Of a stretch of DNA of 64,000 bases, positions 1 to 11,787 are shown piece after piece; position 1 is the stretch's first letter, and each line of letters opens with the position of its first letter. The notes under the pieces were generated by a model. It was given only the letters and a program-made list of their open reading frames with translations, did no database searches and had not been told where the DNA came from. This stretch comes from Octopus vulgaris (lineage: Eukaryota), in contig OX597819.1 of assembly GCA_951406725.2 (NCBI GenBank), positions 35,340,001 through 35,404,000 on the forward strand, read 5' to 3'. A program made the translations under genes and the position numbers.

Positions 1-1207
1 ATAAATAATGTGGTTTTTTACACTTATTTTTCAAATTTAAGATAAACAAAAATTCGTTTCTTATCTAAAATATACTCTTCTTCATTTCCTACAATGCTCT
101 TCCATCTATCTGGTAGATTTGCAAGGCCCCTCTTCCAAAATTCACTTGTCTGTGATGCAAAATACTCCTTCTGCAGAAAAATACTACAGAATAAATGATA
201 ATCAGATGGGCAGTGTCTGGTGAATATGGTGGCTGGGATATCATTTCCCATTCAAACTGCTCCAGCCTTTGGAATGTCATTCTTGCTGTATGTGGCCAAG
301 CATTATCCTGATGGAAGAACACCTTTCGTCTTGAAACCAAAGATGGTCGTTTTTCTTCAGGCACTGACTTAAGCCACTCAAGCTGCCAACAGTAGATCTC
401 CTTTGTTATTGTTTGGTTTGCATTTAAAAGATCAAAGTGGACTAAACCTTTCATACCGCACCAAACAGATAACTACACCTTATGTTGGTGAAGAGCTTCT
501 TTGGCCTGGGGTACTGGTGTTTCTCCTCTCCCTACCCACTCTCCTCAGCACTTGACATTTTTATAGAGAACCCATTTCTCATCTCCAGTCACTATTCAGT
601 CCAAAAAAGGTTAATTCGTGAGACATGACAGCAAAGAAGAGCACACATTCACTCTCTGTACGCGATTAGATTCAGGAAGTTTGTGAGGAACCCATTGACC
701 CAATTTGCTGACTTTTCTGATGGCACATAGGTGTCGATGAATGGTTGAACGACCAAATCCAAGCTTCTCTGCTAGTTCCTCAACAGTTACGATGGGATTT
801 TGTACCATCAGGGTTTGCAGAACATCCTCATCAAGCTCTGAGGCTTGTCTTCTAGGCTGTAGTTTCCAGCTTGGGATTTCTGGAACCACCGTTGACACTG
901 GCTTGTGCTTATTGTCTGACCCCCATATACTGTATTAATATTCCTCACACATTCTTTTGTGTTGCTACCTTTATTGAACTCATAAAGCAAAATATGCCGA
1001 ATATGCTCCTTTACAACTTCTGTTATAGCTTTGAAAAAATAACTATTAAAATCGAACTGCACTCTTCAAAACTTGCACTAAGAATCAGTACAAGGTAAAA
1101 TTACTACCTGCTATTATAGCAAGTTGATGCCGTTATTTTATCCCATCCCCCTCTGACTTTTAGTTCATACAATTGAAAAAATTGCATTATTTATTGGATG
1201 ACCCCAA
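1..1207 (-). mobile_element. Decayed mariner transposon, cecropia/Hsmar1-like; one TIR cut by the window edge
   Basis: Frameshifted transposase pieces: EHIRHILLYEF..QRWFQK (808-1062), KLGQWVPHKL (611-898), FHQDNAWPH..PPYSPD (89-454), PSDYHLF..W..IV..EEEY (24-251). TIR TTGGGGTCATCCAATAAATAATGC at 1184-1207 (minus); the window opens with ATAAATAATG, inside the other TIR. Confidence 0.93.
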
Positions 1208-1208
<1 letters not shown>

Positions 1209-1279
<71 letters not shown>

Positions 1280-1284
1280 CACAC
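1209..1284. repeat. (GT)n(AT)n(AC)n microsatellite between two back-to-back mariner TIRs
   Basis: Read directly; a second TIR copy starts at 1286 on the plus strand. Confidence 0.9.
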
Positions 1285-1599
1285 ATTGGGGTCATCCAAT
1301 AAATAATGCGATTTTAATGGACTTAAAGAGAGTAAAAGAAAGAAGGAAAGAAAATAAAAAAATAAAAAAGATGCATCTATTTGCGGTAGATATATGAATG
1401 TAATTTCTATCCAGGCATGGATTTTGCTATGAATTTGCAATGGGAATATTGATAACTTTGATTTTGCCTAGGATTGGCAAGTGTACCTGTTGATTATGGG
1501 ATATAGTTCTATTGTTCTTTTTCTTTACCTCAGATAAGTATTGACACTGCTCCACTGCTAGGTGTTTTAGTTACTAAAAAACTTTCAAAAACTTTCCTC

Positions 1600-2223
1600 G
1601 CGAGAAGACCCGGCAGGACAAGTGAGTCCATAACCCGTGGCCTTCTACTTGGGATGGAGCCAGCCTACGTATGCATACCTTCCCTTCTTGGGACACAAAA
1701 CTCTACTTGTGAAGACCTGTTGAGGCAAGTGAGGATCAGAATCGAAATCGATCAATGGAAATTGCAGATGTGTTACCAGTGCCGGTGGCATGTCGAAACT
1801 CTACTTGTGAAGACCCGTTGAGGCAAGTGAGGATCAGAATGGAAATCAATCAATGGAAATTGCAGATGTGTTACCAGTGCCGGTGGCATGTAAGAGAACC
1901 TTCCGTTTCGCGACCGTTGCCAGCACCGCCCCATTTCGTGTCCGTTGCCAGCCTCGCCTGGCCCTTGTGCCAGTGGCACATAAAAAGCACCATCCGTTCG
2001 TGGCCGTTTGCCAGCTCTGTCTGGCACCTGTGCGGGTGGCACGTAAAAAGCACCCACTACACTCACGGAGTGGTTGGCGTTAGGAAGGGCATCCAGTCGT
2101 AGAAACACTGCCAGATTTGACTGGGCCTGATGAAGCCTTCTGGCTTCACAGACCCTAGTAGAACCGTCCAACCCATGCTAGCATGGAAAACGGACGCTAA
2201 ACGATGATGATGATGATGATGAT
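1600..2223 (+). mobile_element. RTE-type LINE 3' UTR / RTE-tailed retroposon (family H)
   Basis: Ends in CCAACCCATGCTAGCATGGAAAACGGACGCTAAAC(GAT)n, the tail that follows an RTE ORF2 remnant at 13415-14345. Internal ~97-bp tandem duplication near 1698-1891. Confidence 0.8.
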
Positions 2224-2526
2224 ATTAGAAGAAATGAGGTACTCAGAAAATTGGATGGTTTATACTTACAGATATTTATTTGTATATTAGATTTTTTATA
2301 TATATCATCACTTAGATCATTAGTGCTTTCTCCCATTCTAGTGGGGGTTTTCAAATCAAACTAAGTTCCTCTCACACAGGAACTTAGTTTGATTTGAAAA
2401 CCCCCACTAGAATGGGAGAAAGCACTAATGATTTAAGTGATGATATATATAAAAAATCTTATATACAAATAAATATCTGTAAATATAAACCATCCAATTT
2501 TCTGAGTATCTCATTTCTTCTAATAT
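2222..2526. repeat. Near-perfect palindrome, 149-bp arms, 7-nt loop
   Basis: 2222-2370 is the reverse complement of 2378-2526 with about 4 mismatches; loop CTCACAC. Confidence 0.95.
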
Positions 2527-2554
2527 ATAATACCTGTACATCATCTCCAAACCT

Positions 2555-2594
<40 letters not shown>

Positions 2595-2828
2595 TCACAC
2601 ACACACGCTCATAATGTGTGTGTATGTGTGCGTGTATAAATGACTAAATTACTTCCTTAATCTTTTGCGCATATCTTTATGGTTTGAAATGATTGCACAG
2701 TAGGAAAAAGATCAGTATTTATTTATATTTTCTTTCACATGAAAATAACATTTTAATTCAATTTCTGATTAAAATTAAGAAGTAAAAGCATCCTCCAAGG
2801 GAGGTAACTTTAAATGACTAAAGTAAAG

Positions 2829-2990
2829 TGACGTGTATGTGTGTGTGTATAAGAGAAAGCAGAAAAGGGATAAAGCGAGTAAGAGGGGGTGTGTCTATAT
2901 GCAAGGTCAGGCAACAGAAGCAGCAGCAGCAGCGATCGTTTTTTTTGTGCTTTGTATAAAAGCAAACACATTATCTCGTCCAGCAGTTTG
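2829..2990 (+). promoter_or_regulatory. Putative core promoter of the PPP1R14-family gene
   Basis: TATAAAAG at 2955-2962 and Inr-like GCAGTT with its A at 2985, 30 nt downstream. CRE-like TGACGT at 2829 and CAAGGTCA (FTZ-F1/SF-1-type) at 2902. Motif-based only. Confidence 0.55.
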
Positions 2991-3354
2991 CTAGCTGGAA
3001 GCCTAAGTAACAACACACCGTGTCTACTTTCGTTGCTCTTAGACGACGAGCAAGAGCCCAAAGTGTTAGATTTTTCACTCACTCACGGCATTTAGACTGA
3101 TCTTAGTGAACTCTTCTACCAACTCTCTCGTGGACTAATTGTTGCCGACGCCGTAGACCAGCACCAATTTCTTGAGATTGATGATTTTTACCTTAAGTTA
3201 TATTAGCAAGCAAGCACTCAAATCTGTGATACTACTTTAGTATACGCGTAGTCGAAACTGGCTCTCGCAGATTGTTGATTGTAGGTATCGTTACTAATGA
3301 TCGAAGTATCAATTTGTATATAGTATCTTTTAATTTTGTTATAATTATTTGCTA

Positions 3355-3395
<41 letters not shown>

Positions 3396-3825
3396 GTATA
3401 CTTTAAAAAACAAATATCAGTTATTGTTTGATGAACATCAAGTAATTCAAGCAGAGAATATATAACTACAAACAGACAAAATGTGCTTGGTATAACAATC
3501 TTGTTTTGGATTATTAACGAATTTACAGAGAGTTACATGGACACGTGTCCAAATTTACTGCCTCAACTGGAAGTTGAATTCGTTTTTTATTTCAAAGTTA
3601 GTTTAACAGATAAAGTTAACTTTTTGCTTCATCTCCCAGGGCGGCATAGGTAGACAACGTAAAGCCGGAGAGAGAAAGAAGAGAAACAGAATTAGTTCAT
3701 AGCTACCAACATTTTCACACGAGAACTTCAGATTCTATTTATTATTTAAAATAATTCATAACAAATTGAAAATCTAAAGTTTGGAGTGTTGACTGGTTCC
3801 TTGTATTGGGACCTTCTCTTTAAGA

Positions 3826-4104
3826 ATGGCGACCACAACATACTCTTTGGACAAAGTAGCCACTGGTAGTAGCAATTCTAGTAGTTCCCAGCATCGTTCC
3901 CCTGCTGCTCGTTCAGCTACATCCCCTTCATCATCAGCTCATAACCGATCGGTAAATTTCAACACACAGCGAGAGGCGATTAAAGAACAAAAAAAGAAAT
4001 ACTTGACCGCCAAGTATGGTCAGCATCAAATGTCTTTGATTAGGAAACGTTTAAAAGTTGAAGATTGGCTTGACGAAAGATTACGGTTCTTGTACGGTTG
4101 CAAG
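3826..4104 (+). CDS. PPP1R14: First coding exon (93 aa) of a protein phosphatase 1 regulatory subunit 14 (CPI-17/PHI-1/KEPI family) inhibitor
   Basis: YLTAKYGQHQMSLIRKRLKVEDWLDERLRFLYGC matches the family motif (vertebrate RVTVKYDRKELRKRLNLEEWILEQLTRLYDC). Upstream SVNF. Good Kozak AGAATGG; phase-0 donor AAG|GTAAGA at 4104/4105. Confidence 0.92.
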
Positions 4105-5589
4105 GTAAGAACCTTTGTTTTCATCATATTTTACTGAATCATTAAAATCTTTTTCTCAATTCACGCATATATATTTTATTAATTTTTTTCCTGTATTCAA
4201 ATTATAATTTTGTTTTGAACAAGAAATTATCGATTATACAATTCTCCGTATTTTCCCATTCATCTAAAAATATTTCAATAACACTGTTTTCCGAATAAAA
4301 ATCTCGCCAGATGACTTCATCTTCCTGGAGGTCGATAAAATACATTGTACCAGTAATATACTGTGGTTTATTCTATAGAACTTTGGTTTTGTGCTTTATG
4401 GGAAAAATAAAAAAGAATCAATATAATTTTTTCATTCTATCGAATATAAAATGTTTTTCTTCATGAAGGCCGGCTTATATGAAATGGGACAAAATGCACG
4501 CATTCAACATTCAAACGAGCACCATATCGATAACACGTTTGTGTATCTTCTCAAACTAGCATGTGTTAATGTATGCATTGATTGTTAGAATTCGCTTTAG
4601 ATCTAAACCACATGTAATGCAAATCAGTGTTTCTCTAAATATTTGTAAATCTAGATAAAATCTCTCTTAATCTTTCCATTCATGTTAATATATTTCCGTC
4701 TTTCCTGTGATTATTTACCACAATTTTTAAATAGGCGCCGAAACTCCGCATTTTAAGGAAGAAAGATTAGAATTGAGATGTTCATACCTTTTTATTTATT
4801 TATCATAATTCCAATGGCTCTAATAAAATAATTTTTTTTCAAATGGGGAAACGATATTAGGTTGTATATTTGTTGGGAGATCTACTTGGATTATATTATG
4901 GGGCCAGGGCGCCATGTGGAAAATAACCATAGGTGATAGTTACTTTTGCACTTAAATTTTCCCTTGGCGTTATCGCTTTTACCGTTTGCAAAATTTTTTT
5001 TAGATAAATGAATTTCTGATGTTTTCAGAAAATTTCACTTATCACAACTCCCTAAATCCTCACTCAATCATCTTAATAATAATAACAAAAGCAAAAAAAA
5101 AAAAAAAACATTCGACAACATAGTCTCTTTGTATGTGTGTGTGTATAAATATAAAAGGATGGTCGAAGTAGGGACACCTTTAATAATTGATCTGCTTGAT
5201 GAGGGGGAACCGGGAGTTAAAGTGCAATAACGGTATTACACATATTCTAATTTACGATGCAACATTCTTTTAAAGAATAAACAGGATTCCATGTAATTCA
5301 TGTCTTTGACATAGCACACCTACATATGAAGTCGATTTAGTGGCACTGTGACCCGACACCAATTCCTGCAACTACCAGTGTGAGAACTTTTTTTTCTTTT
5401 GAGACATCATGCAGTTTACGTAGATAAAATGGCTGCATTAAGTGCCGGTTTAAGGTTCTTTTTATTTATTAATTTCTTTTTGAGCCTTTCCTCTCCGAAA
5501 ACGTGTGCATTAACAATAATTCCTTTCACCTTTGGTACTACCTTTATGGTACTAAAGTTTCTTCTAGATTCATGTCCGTCAATTAACGA

Positions 5590-5813
5590 TACCATCAACA
5601 TCAAAGAAAATAATTTCCTGCAAATGGATAGTGAATTCGATATTGCATTCATAATATTGATGGTTGTTTTACATACACAGGAATACTTTATAGTAAAGAA
5701 AAAAAAAATATACAGGGAATAAAATGTGTGTCCGCATGCTAGAGTGTTGACGCGATCTGAATTTACAATCTGTGTCAGCAAGTGTTGCAGAGAAAATTTA
5801 AAAGAACAACATC
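5590..5813 (-). pseudogene. Decayed RING-H2 finger sequence, TRAIP/NOPO-like
   Basis: With one 1-nt frameshift it reads CNTC-LTQIVNSDRVNTLACGHTF(Y)SL(Y)I..YSCVCK; a second shift gives KLFFDVDG. Both Y codons (TAT) are one transition from the expected His and Cys ligands. Confidence 0.55.
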
Positions 5814-6834
5814 CCACTATAAATATATAATTCAGTTTGCAGTATAGTATATTCATTCCATTGATCTATTGAAACATGTTTCAAATATCTCTTAACGCTT
5901 TGATATTGCATAGTTTTTGAATGTGAGTTTAAACCTGAAAAGCCTTGTCATGGAAATAACGAAACTAGTCCCTTTACTAACAGAGATGTGTGCGTGTGTG
6001 CGCGCGTGTACTTTCTAAAATTAAGATTTTAATGATAAAAGAAAATAAGATTGCTATTAAATATGAAATACAATCTTCTGTGTGATGTGTGCGGAAGAAA
6101 TCGTCGCTATCTTAATATATTCTTTCCTTATCTCTCGTTTTCGCTCTTTCGGTATTTTCTTTCTTTCTTTCTATTTCATTCCTTCCTCTTTTTTTTTTCT
6201 ACATCTTTCACTTTATCTGTTTGTTTTTAATCTGGTGTTTCCTGTTTAGGCGGCGGCTCATGGTACTGTAATGTCACTTATTCGTTACCGACCACTCAGA
6301 TCTGCTCTTGAGATAGAAGCTTGTTTCACACACACGCACGTTTCTGATTTCGCGTGCGGTAGATGCGGAAGCGCGTGAGTGTGTAGGGTGTGTTGGTCCT
6401 CTCGAGGCCCCTTTTTTTTACCCCCATTGTAACAACCGATATTAGATGTTTGAAGAGGGTACATGTCATCTGACACTTGATTGCAATACTTTTAGGAGTC
6501 TGTTGAATTTTTAGGAATCTTGATCGTAGCTCAATACAACATGTATAATACAAGACAGACTCACATATGGATTATATTGCTGCATTTAAGTTACTGTTTT
6601 ACCCAATGACAGCTCTGATCGAGTAGACCTGTTGTCAAAAAAAAAAAGTTCCAACCATGAGCAGTTCATTCGTAGACACATTATCTCTTGTATCATTTCC
6701 CAAGACAATATGAGTCTGGTTTTAAGGAATTTTGACTGATATTTCTAGCATATCCGATGATTGCCTAGAACAATAGAGTCCTTTGATTCCTCCAATAAAC
6801 ATTCGATGTTTAAAAAAGTCCCATTATATTTCTA

Positions 6835-7120
6835 TTTACTTACTTTACTTGTTTCAGTCATTTGACTGTGGCCATGAGCACCGCCTTTAGTCGAGCAAAT
6901 CGACCCCAGGACTAGTATTTATTCTATCGGTCTCTTTAGCCGAACCGCTAAGTTACGGAGACATAAACACACCAGCATCGGTTGTCAAGCGATGTTGGGG
7001 GGACAAACACACATGCATATATATATGGCAGAAGACACTTACCGAAGGTGCTACGCAGTGGGACTGAACCCGGAACCATGTTGGTAAGCAAGCTACTTAC
7101 CACACAGCCACACCTACGCC
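6835..7120 (-). mobile_element. tRNA-derived SINE family A, internally deleted
   Basis: Reverse complement of the 11788 copy (head GGCGTAGGTGTGGCTGTGTGGTAAGTAG, tail GACTGAAACAAGTAAA). Confidence 0.85.
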
Positions 7121-8224
7121 TATAATTAAGTATTATTAGGAATTGTATTAAAAAATTCTGCTAAAATATTTTGTGTATAGTAGAAGTAAACCCAATTTAT
7201 TGCACATAAATTTTAATAAAATCTTGTGTGGATCCCGGTTGAGAATCTCTGACTTAGAGGGTCTATCGTTGGCTCGTGTGTAATATGTATATATGCACAA
7301 ACAATTCCAGCGAGTGTGTGTAAATCTCTCTCCTAACATATGTGACTACGTAAGTAAACAAAGACTTAAGCGCGCGTACACATACTGACACACACACACA
7401 CGTGTGTTTGTAAACGTTTATTTGAACAAATGATTGAAAAATGGTGACCAATGTAATGTTCAGCTGTTAGCATACTTCAAAGTGGTTGAAAGAATTTTAA
7501 AAAGACTTGCATTCCGTAACAGCTGCTGTCTAGTTTAGTAGTTCTTTCATTATTTTATGAATAGAAGAGGCGGGAGCAGCTGAATTTTGAGTTTGTCTTG
7601 GATCCTGTATGATGTTAGTAAGAAGAGGCATGGCAAGAGTAGAATAGTTTGCCCTGCCTTCTCGACGTATATGTGAAGGGACACAGAATTTCTTCTGGCC
7701 TATCTTGTATGTTAATTAAGATGGGGATAGACACAAAAGTGTCTTTGTTTCCTCCTCCAAGGGAATGTGCTTGTGCTTAATATATCTCTGGATTATAACT
7801 AATGTGTTAAATTTTAAAAATGATTTGGTACCTGTTGCATATAGGTAACCCAGCTATTGTATAATGGCGATAAAAAGCTTAATGGTCCATCCTCTTAAGT
7901 CATCTTACCTGTATGTGACTGTTGATTAAAACTTCTACTATCGAAAGCCAACAAGGGACCTTCTCTGTAGTTGTTTGACTTGCTTAGAAATAACCAAATC
8001 TTCCTTTAAATCACATCTTACCATTCTAAGACAAAGGACGGCTTTGAATGTCTTCTATTATAGCCCCAGGCCAACAAAGCCTTCTGACTGGACTTGATAG
8101 AGGGAAACTGAAAGAAGCATATCATATATGTACATGTATATATTTGTGAGTGCATGCATGGGTGTGTATTACTCTTTCCTTGCCTTTGACATCATGTGAT
8201 AGTTGTAAACAAGTATTAGTTGTA

Positions 8225-8495
8225 AACGTCGCTTCACTGGCACCTGTGCCGGTGACATGTGTAAAAAGATTTGAGCAAGGTCATTGCCAGTACTACCTGA
8301 CTGGCCCCCGTGCCGGTGGCACATAAAAAGCACCCACTACACTCTTGGAGTGGTTGGTGTTAGGAAGGGCATCCAGCTGTAGAAACTCTGCCAGATCAAG
8401 ATTGGAGCCTGGTGCAGCCATCTGGTTCACCAGCCCTCAGTCAAAATCGTCCAACCCATGCTAGCATGGAAAGCGGACGTTAAATGATGATGATG
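8225..8495 (+). mobile_element. Family H RTE-tail copy
   Basis: AAAAAGCACCCACTACACTC..CCAACCCATGCTAGCATGGAAAGCGGACGTTAAAT(GAT)n. Confidence 0.85.
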
Positions 8496-9059
8496 TTAAA
8501 GCTGGGACAAATTAGTGTCCATGGGAAAGCTGACAATTTTAATATTTAAAACAAAACATAATGTTGGAAATATTTTCTCATGTTATCTATTTGGTATCAT
8601 CAGAAAATTTCACTCTTTAATGAAGGGTTTCTGCATGAAATATCACACGTTCCCCCACTTTCTCTGGAAAAAAAAAAAAACCAAAAAAACTTACTCCACT
8701 TTTGACCTCTTTCATCATTATGACATCAAGTTTTTGCTGCTTGCATAGTACAAACAAAACTTAAGGCAAACTTTCTCTGGCCAGATGTTCTTGATGCTAC
8801 CAACCCTCACCTGTTACCAAGCAAGGCAATATTTTCACTGCAGATTGTAAACAGTGACATCTGTTGTATGAAAGTTGACTTTACAATCAGCATGCAAACA
8901 TCAACACCAGACAGAGACTTACACTCATCTTGGATTTCTTACAGTTTCTGTCTACCAATTCCACTCACAAAGCCATAATTGAAGATATCTGCCCACCATA
9001 CCATGCAGTGGGAATTAACTCTGGACCACACAATTCTGAAGTCAGCTCCTACCATTGGG

Positions 9060-9428
9060 TAAAGGGTAAAGACCCCCTTCGGTCATGAACGTCTGTCTAT
9101 CTATCTATCTATCTATAACTCATCTATCTGTCTGTCTGTCTGTCTAGAAAGTTACCCTCTGAAGTACAAATCTGGGCAAGGTTGTTTATGGAAGACCAAC
9201 AGTCACCCATGCATACCAACCTACCCTCTCCATGCCTCTGATGTTATTGAAGAGAAAGGGAATGATCAATACAGCTTGGCACCAATGACATCACAAACTC
9301 ATTTCTGCAGCTGAGTGAACTGGAGCAACATGAAATAAAGTGTCTTGCTCAAGAACACAGTCCAGGAATTAAACTCACTACCTCATGGTTGTGAGCCTGA
9401 CACACGAACCATGGAGCCATGCACCTTC
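9060..9428 (-). mobile_element. tRNA-derived SINE family F
   Basis: Reverse-complement homologue of 56502-56812 (GTGTTCTTGAGCAAGACAC..GCTCCAGTTCACTCAGCTG..CATGACCGAAGGGGGTC). Confidence 0.7.
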
Positions 9429-9694
9429 ACACATGGACCATCAATGCTAAGTTAGTTTCCGTCTACCAAATCCACTCACAAGACTTTGGTTGGCCTGAGA
9501 CTATAGTAGAAGACATTTGCCCAAGGTACCATGCAGTGGGACTGAATTTGGAACCATGTGATTGAAAAGTTAACTTCTTTACCACACAGCCATAGAAACA
9601 TTGCCAGATCAGACTGGACCTGGTGCAGCCTTCTGGCTTCCCAGATCCCAGTTGAACCGTCCAACCCATGCTAGCATGGAAAGCGGACGCTAAA

Positions 9695-9737
<43 letters not shown>

Positions 9738-10049
9738 TCTGATAGTTTCTCAACATTTACAAAATCATCATTATTTACTAAATAAACTAAACTACAAGCA
9801 GCCTATTCTCAGAAGAACTGTACATTACAACCATTCATATAATTCTCTTTCTTTTTTTAGAAGGTGAACAACAACAGAATATGAAGTTTATATTATAAGA
9901 AGTCATTTCTATTGACACACCAGTCAGCCAGCCTGGGAAGGACTCTGCATAGGCATTGTTCCTTGTCATATGATCAAAATATACAAAAAGTGTATATTTT
10001 TATTTTGCATTTTAATACACAGACAAAATGAGAATGCAAATTTCTGAAA

Positions 10050-10133
10050 CTGTCTGTCTGTCTGTTTGTCCACCCATCTATCCATTCATTTACCTACCTA
10101 CCTACCTACCTACCTACCTATCTATCTATCTAC

Positions 10134-10197
<64 letters not shown>

Positions 10198-10450
10198 GTA
10201 TCTAACTACCTATCGATCCATCTGTCTATCTATCTATCTAACTACCTATCGATCCATCTGTCTATCTATCTATCTAACTACCTATCGATCCATCCGTCTA
10301 TCTATCTATCTAAATACCTATCGATCCATCCGTCTGTCTATCTAACTACCTATCGATCCATCTATCTATCTATCTATCTATCTATCTACCTGCCTACCTA
10401 CCTACCTACCCACCAATCTGACCATCCGTCCCACTATTCATCCATCTATC
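10050..10450. repeat. (CTAT/CTAC)n microsatellite with a ~40-bp higher-order unit
   Basis: CTAACTACCTATCGATCCATC recurs about 5 times in 10200-10365. Confidence 0.9.
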
Positions 10451-10669
10451 TTTCTATATAAAAATGTGTGTGTGTGTCTGTATGTTTGTATGGTGCTCCA
10501 GCATGGCTGCAGTCAAATGACTGAAATGTGTAAAAGAATAAGAATATTTCAATGTGTATTTATCTTGGTATCAAAAAGTGAATGTATGTATATGTATGTT
10601 GGACGTTGATGAGCAAAGTTTTGTACATGCATAGCCAGTTTTGCATAGATGGACATCTTTTGAAGGAGT

Positions 10670-10972
10670 GTGGTGGCACATGGCCTAGTGGTTAGAGCAG
10701 CGGACTCACGGTCGAGGAATCGCGGGTTCGAATCTCAGACCGGACGATGTGCGTGTTTATGAGCAAAACACCTAAGCTCCACGCGGCTCTGGCAGAAGGT
10801 AATGGCGAAACTTCTGCTGACTCTTTTGCCACAACTTTCTCTCACTCTTTCCTCCTGCATCTTGCAGCTCACCTGCGATGGACCAGCATCCCATCCAGGT
10901 GGGGAACCTATATGCCAAGAAACCGGGAAACCGGCCCTTATGAGCCAGGCATGGCTCGAGAAGGAACATACA
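10670..10972 (+). mobile_element. tRNA-derived SINE family B
   Basis: A box TGGCCTAGTGG, B box GGTTCGAATC; TSD TTTTGAAGGAGT at 10658-10669 and 10973-10984. Confidence 0.92.
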
Positions 10973-11345
10973 TTTTGAAGGAGTAAGTCAGGCTATTTAA
11001 AGTTTTCTAAAATTTATTTTAGTCCCTGACAGCCTCCTCTCCGAAAATTCCCCCCAAGAATATTGTATTTCCTCTTTGTAAGTAATGTAGTTGACCTTGG
11101 AAAATTTATAGATTAGAAAAATAATGAGATTTAGAATGATTATGTAAATTAGTACGAAAGAGGAAAAAAAAAACTGCATGTTTTCTCAGAAAATAAAAGT
11201 TGTGAGAGCAAAAGAAGTTTATTTTTAGGTCTATATTTATTTGCATATTTTTATGGAACTCTAGTTGAACTTTCTTCTGACTAGCTATGCAACAAGTGTA
11301 AGTGAATCAATAGTCTCAGACCAGCTGAAGAGTGTCAGCTTTCTT

Positions 11346-11761
11346 TTAACTCTTTAGGCATTCAGATTATTCTGTCAAATATATTGCTTATTTATTCACA
11401 TTTTGTGAAATTAATCATGTATTATTTTTGCATCTTCCATATTTTGAAAATGTGATCGCTTAGTTTTTAGAATGACATTTGAAGGGTAAGTGTGAGAGGC
11501 AGGATCTAGCCATTTCCAGCATAAGACGGGTGGAGCATTTTGACTAGATGGGGATGATTTAACTCTTTAATATTTAATCTCGCTGTATCTGGCTCAAATA
11601 TTCTACCTAATTTATGTTAAAACAGACCAAATCTAACCCTGCAATGTCATTCTAAAAATATACAAACTCAGCATTGAAATCTTGAAGCTACAAGATAATG
11701 CATGATTAATTCAAAACAATGTGAATAAATAAGTAGAGTAATCTGTATGCTAAAGGGTTAA
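11346..11761. mobile_element. Two piggyBac-like MITEs (family C) in opposite orientation sharing a TTAA
   Basis: Family ends TTAA-CCCTTTAGCATT / AATGCTAAAGGG-TTAA; copies at 11346-11562 and 11559-11761. Confidence 0.75.
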
Positions 11762-11787
11762 AACAATTTATCCAAAATATAATTATA

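Noticed and set aside
1755-2171. ORFs over SINE and RTE-tail repeats (also 10747, 11783, 24332, 29625, 47682, 53916, 57292)
   Set aside because: Chance frames in non-coding repeats; stops and frames are not conserved between copies.
3181-3240. 19-codon upstream ORF and possible 5' UTR intron (acceptor at 3639)
   Set aside because: Expected by chance; cannot be supported without transcript data.
4105-4137. C-terminal VRTFVFIIFY of the 103-aa ORF
   Set aside because: Read-through past the GTAAGA splice donor into the intron.
9861-9900. Candidate acceptors for PPP1R14 exon 2 (also 13311, 33820, 54188)
   Set aside because: A polypyrimidine-AG is present, but the following frames show no PPP1R14-like residues.
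10670-10742. tRNA-like sequences (also near 30810-30881, 36013, 47660, 53853, 56502)
   Set aside because: They continue into shared SINE bodies, several with TSDs; they are SINE heads, not tRNA genes.
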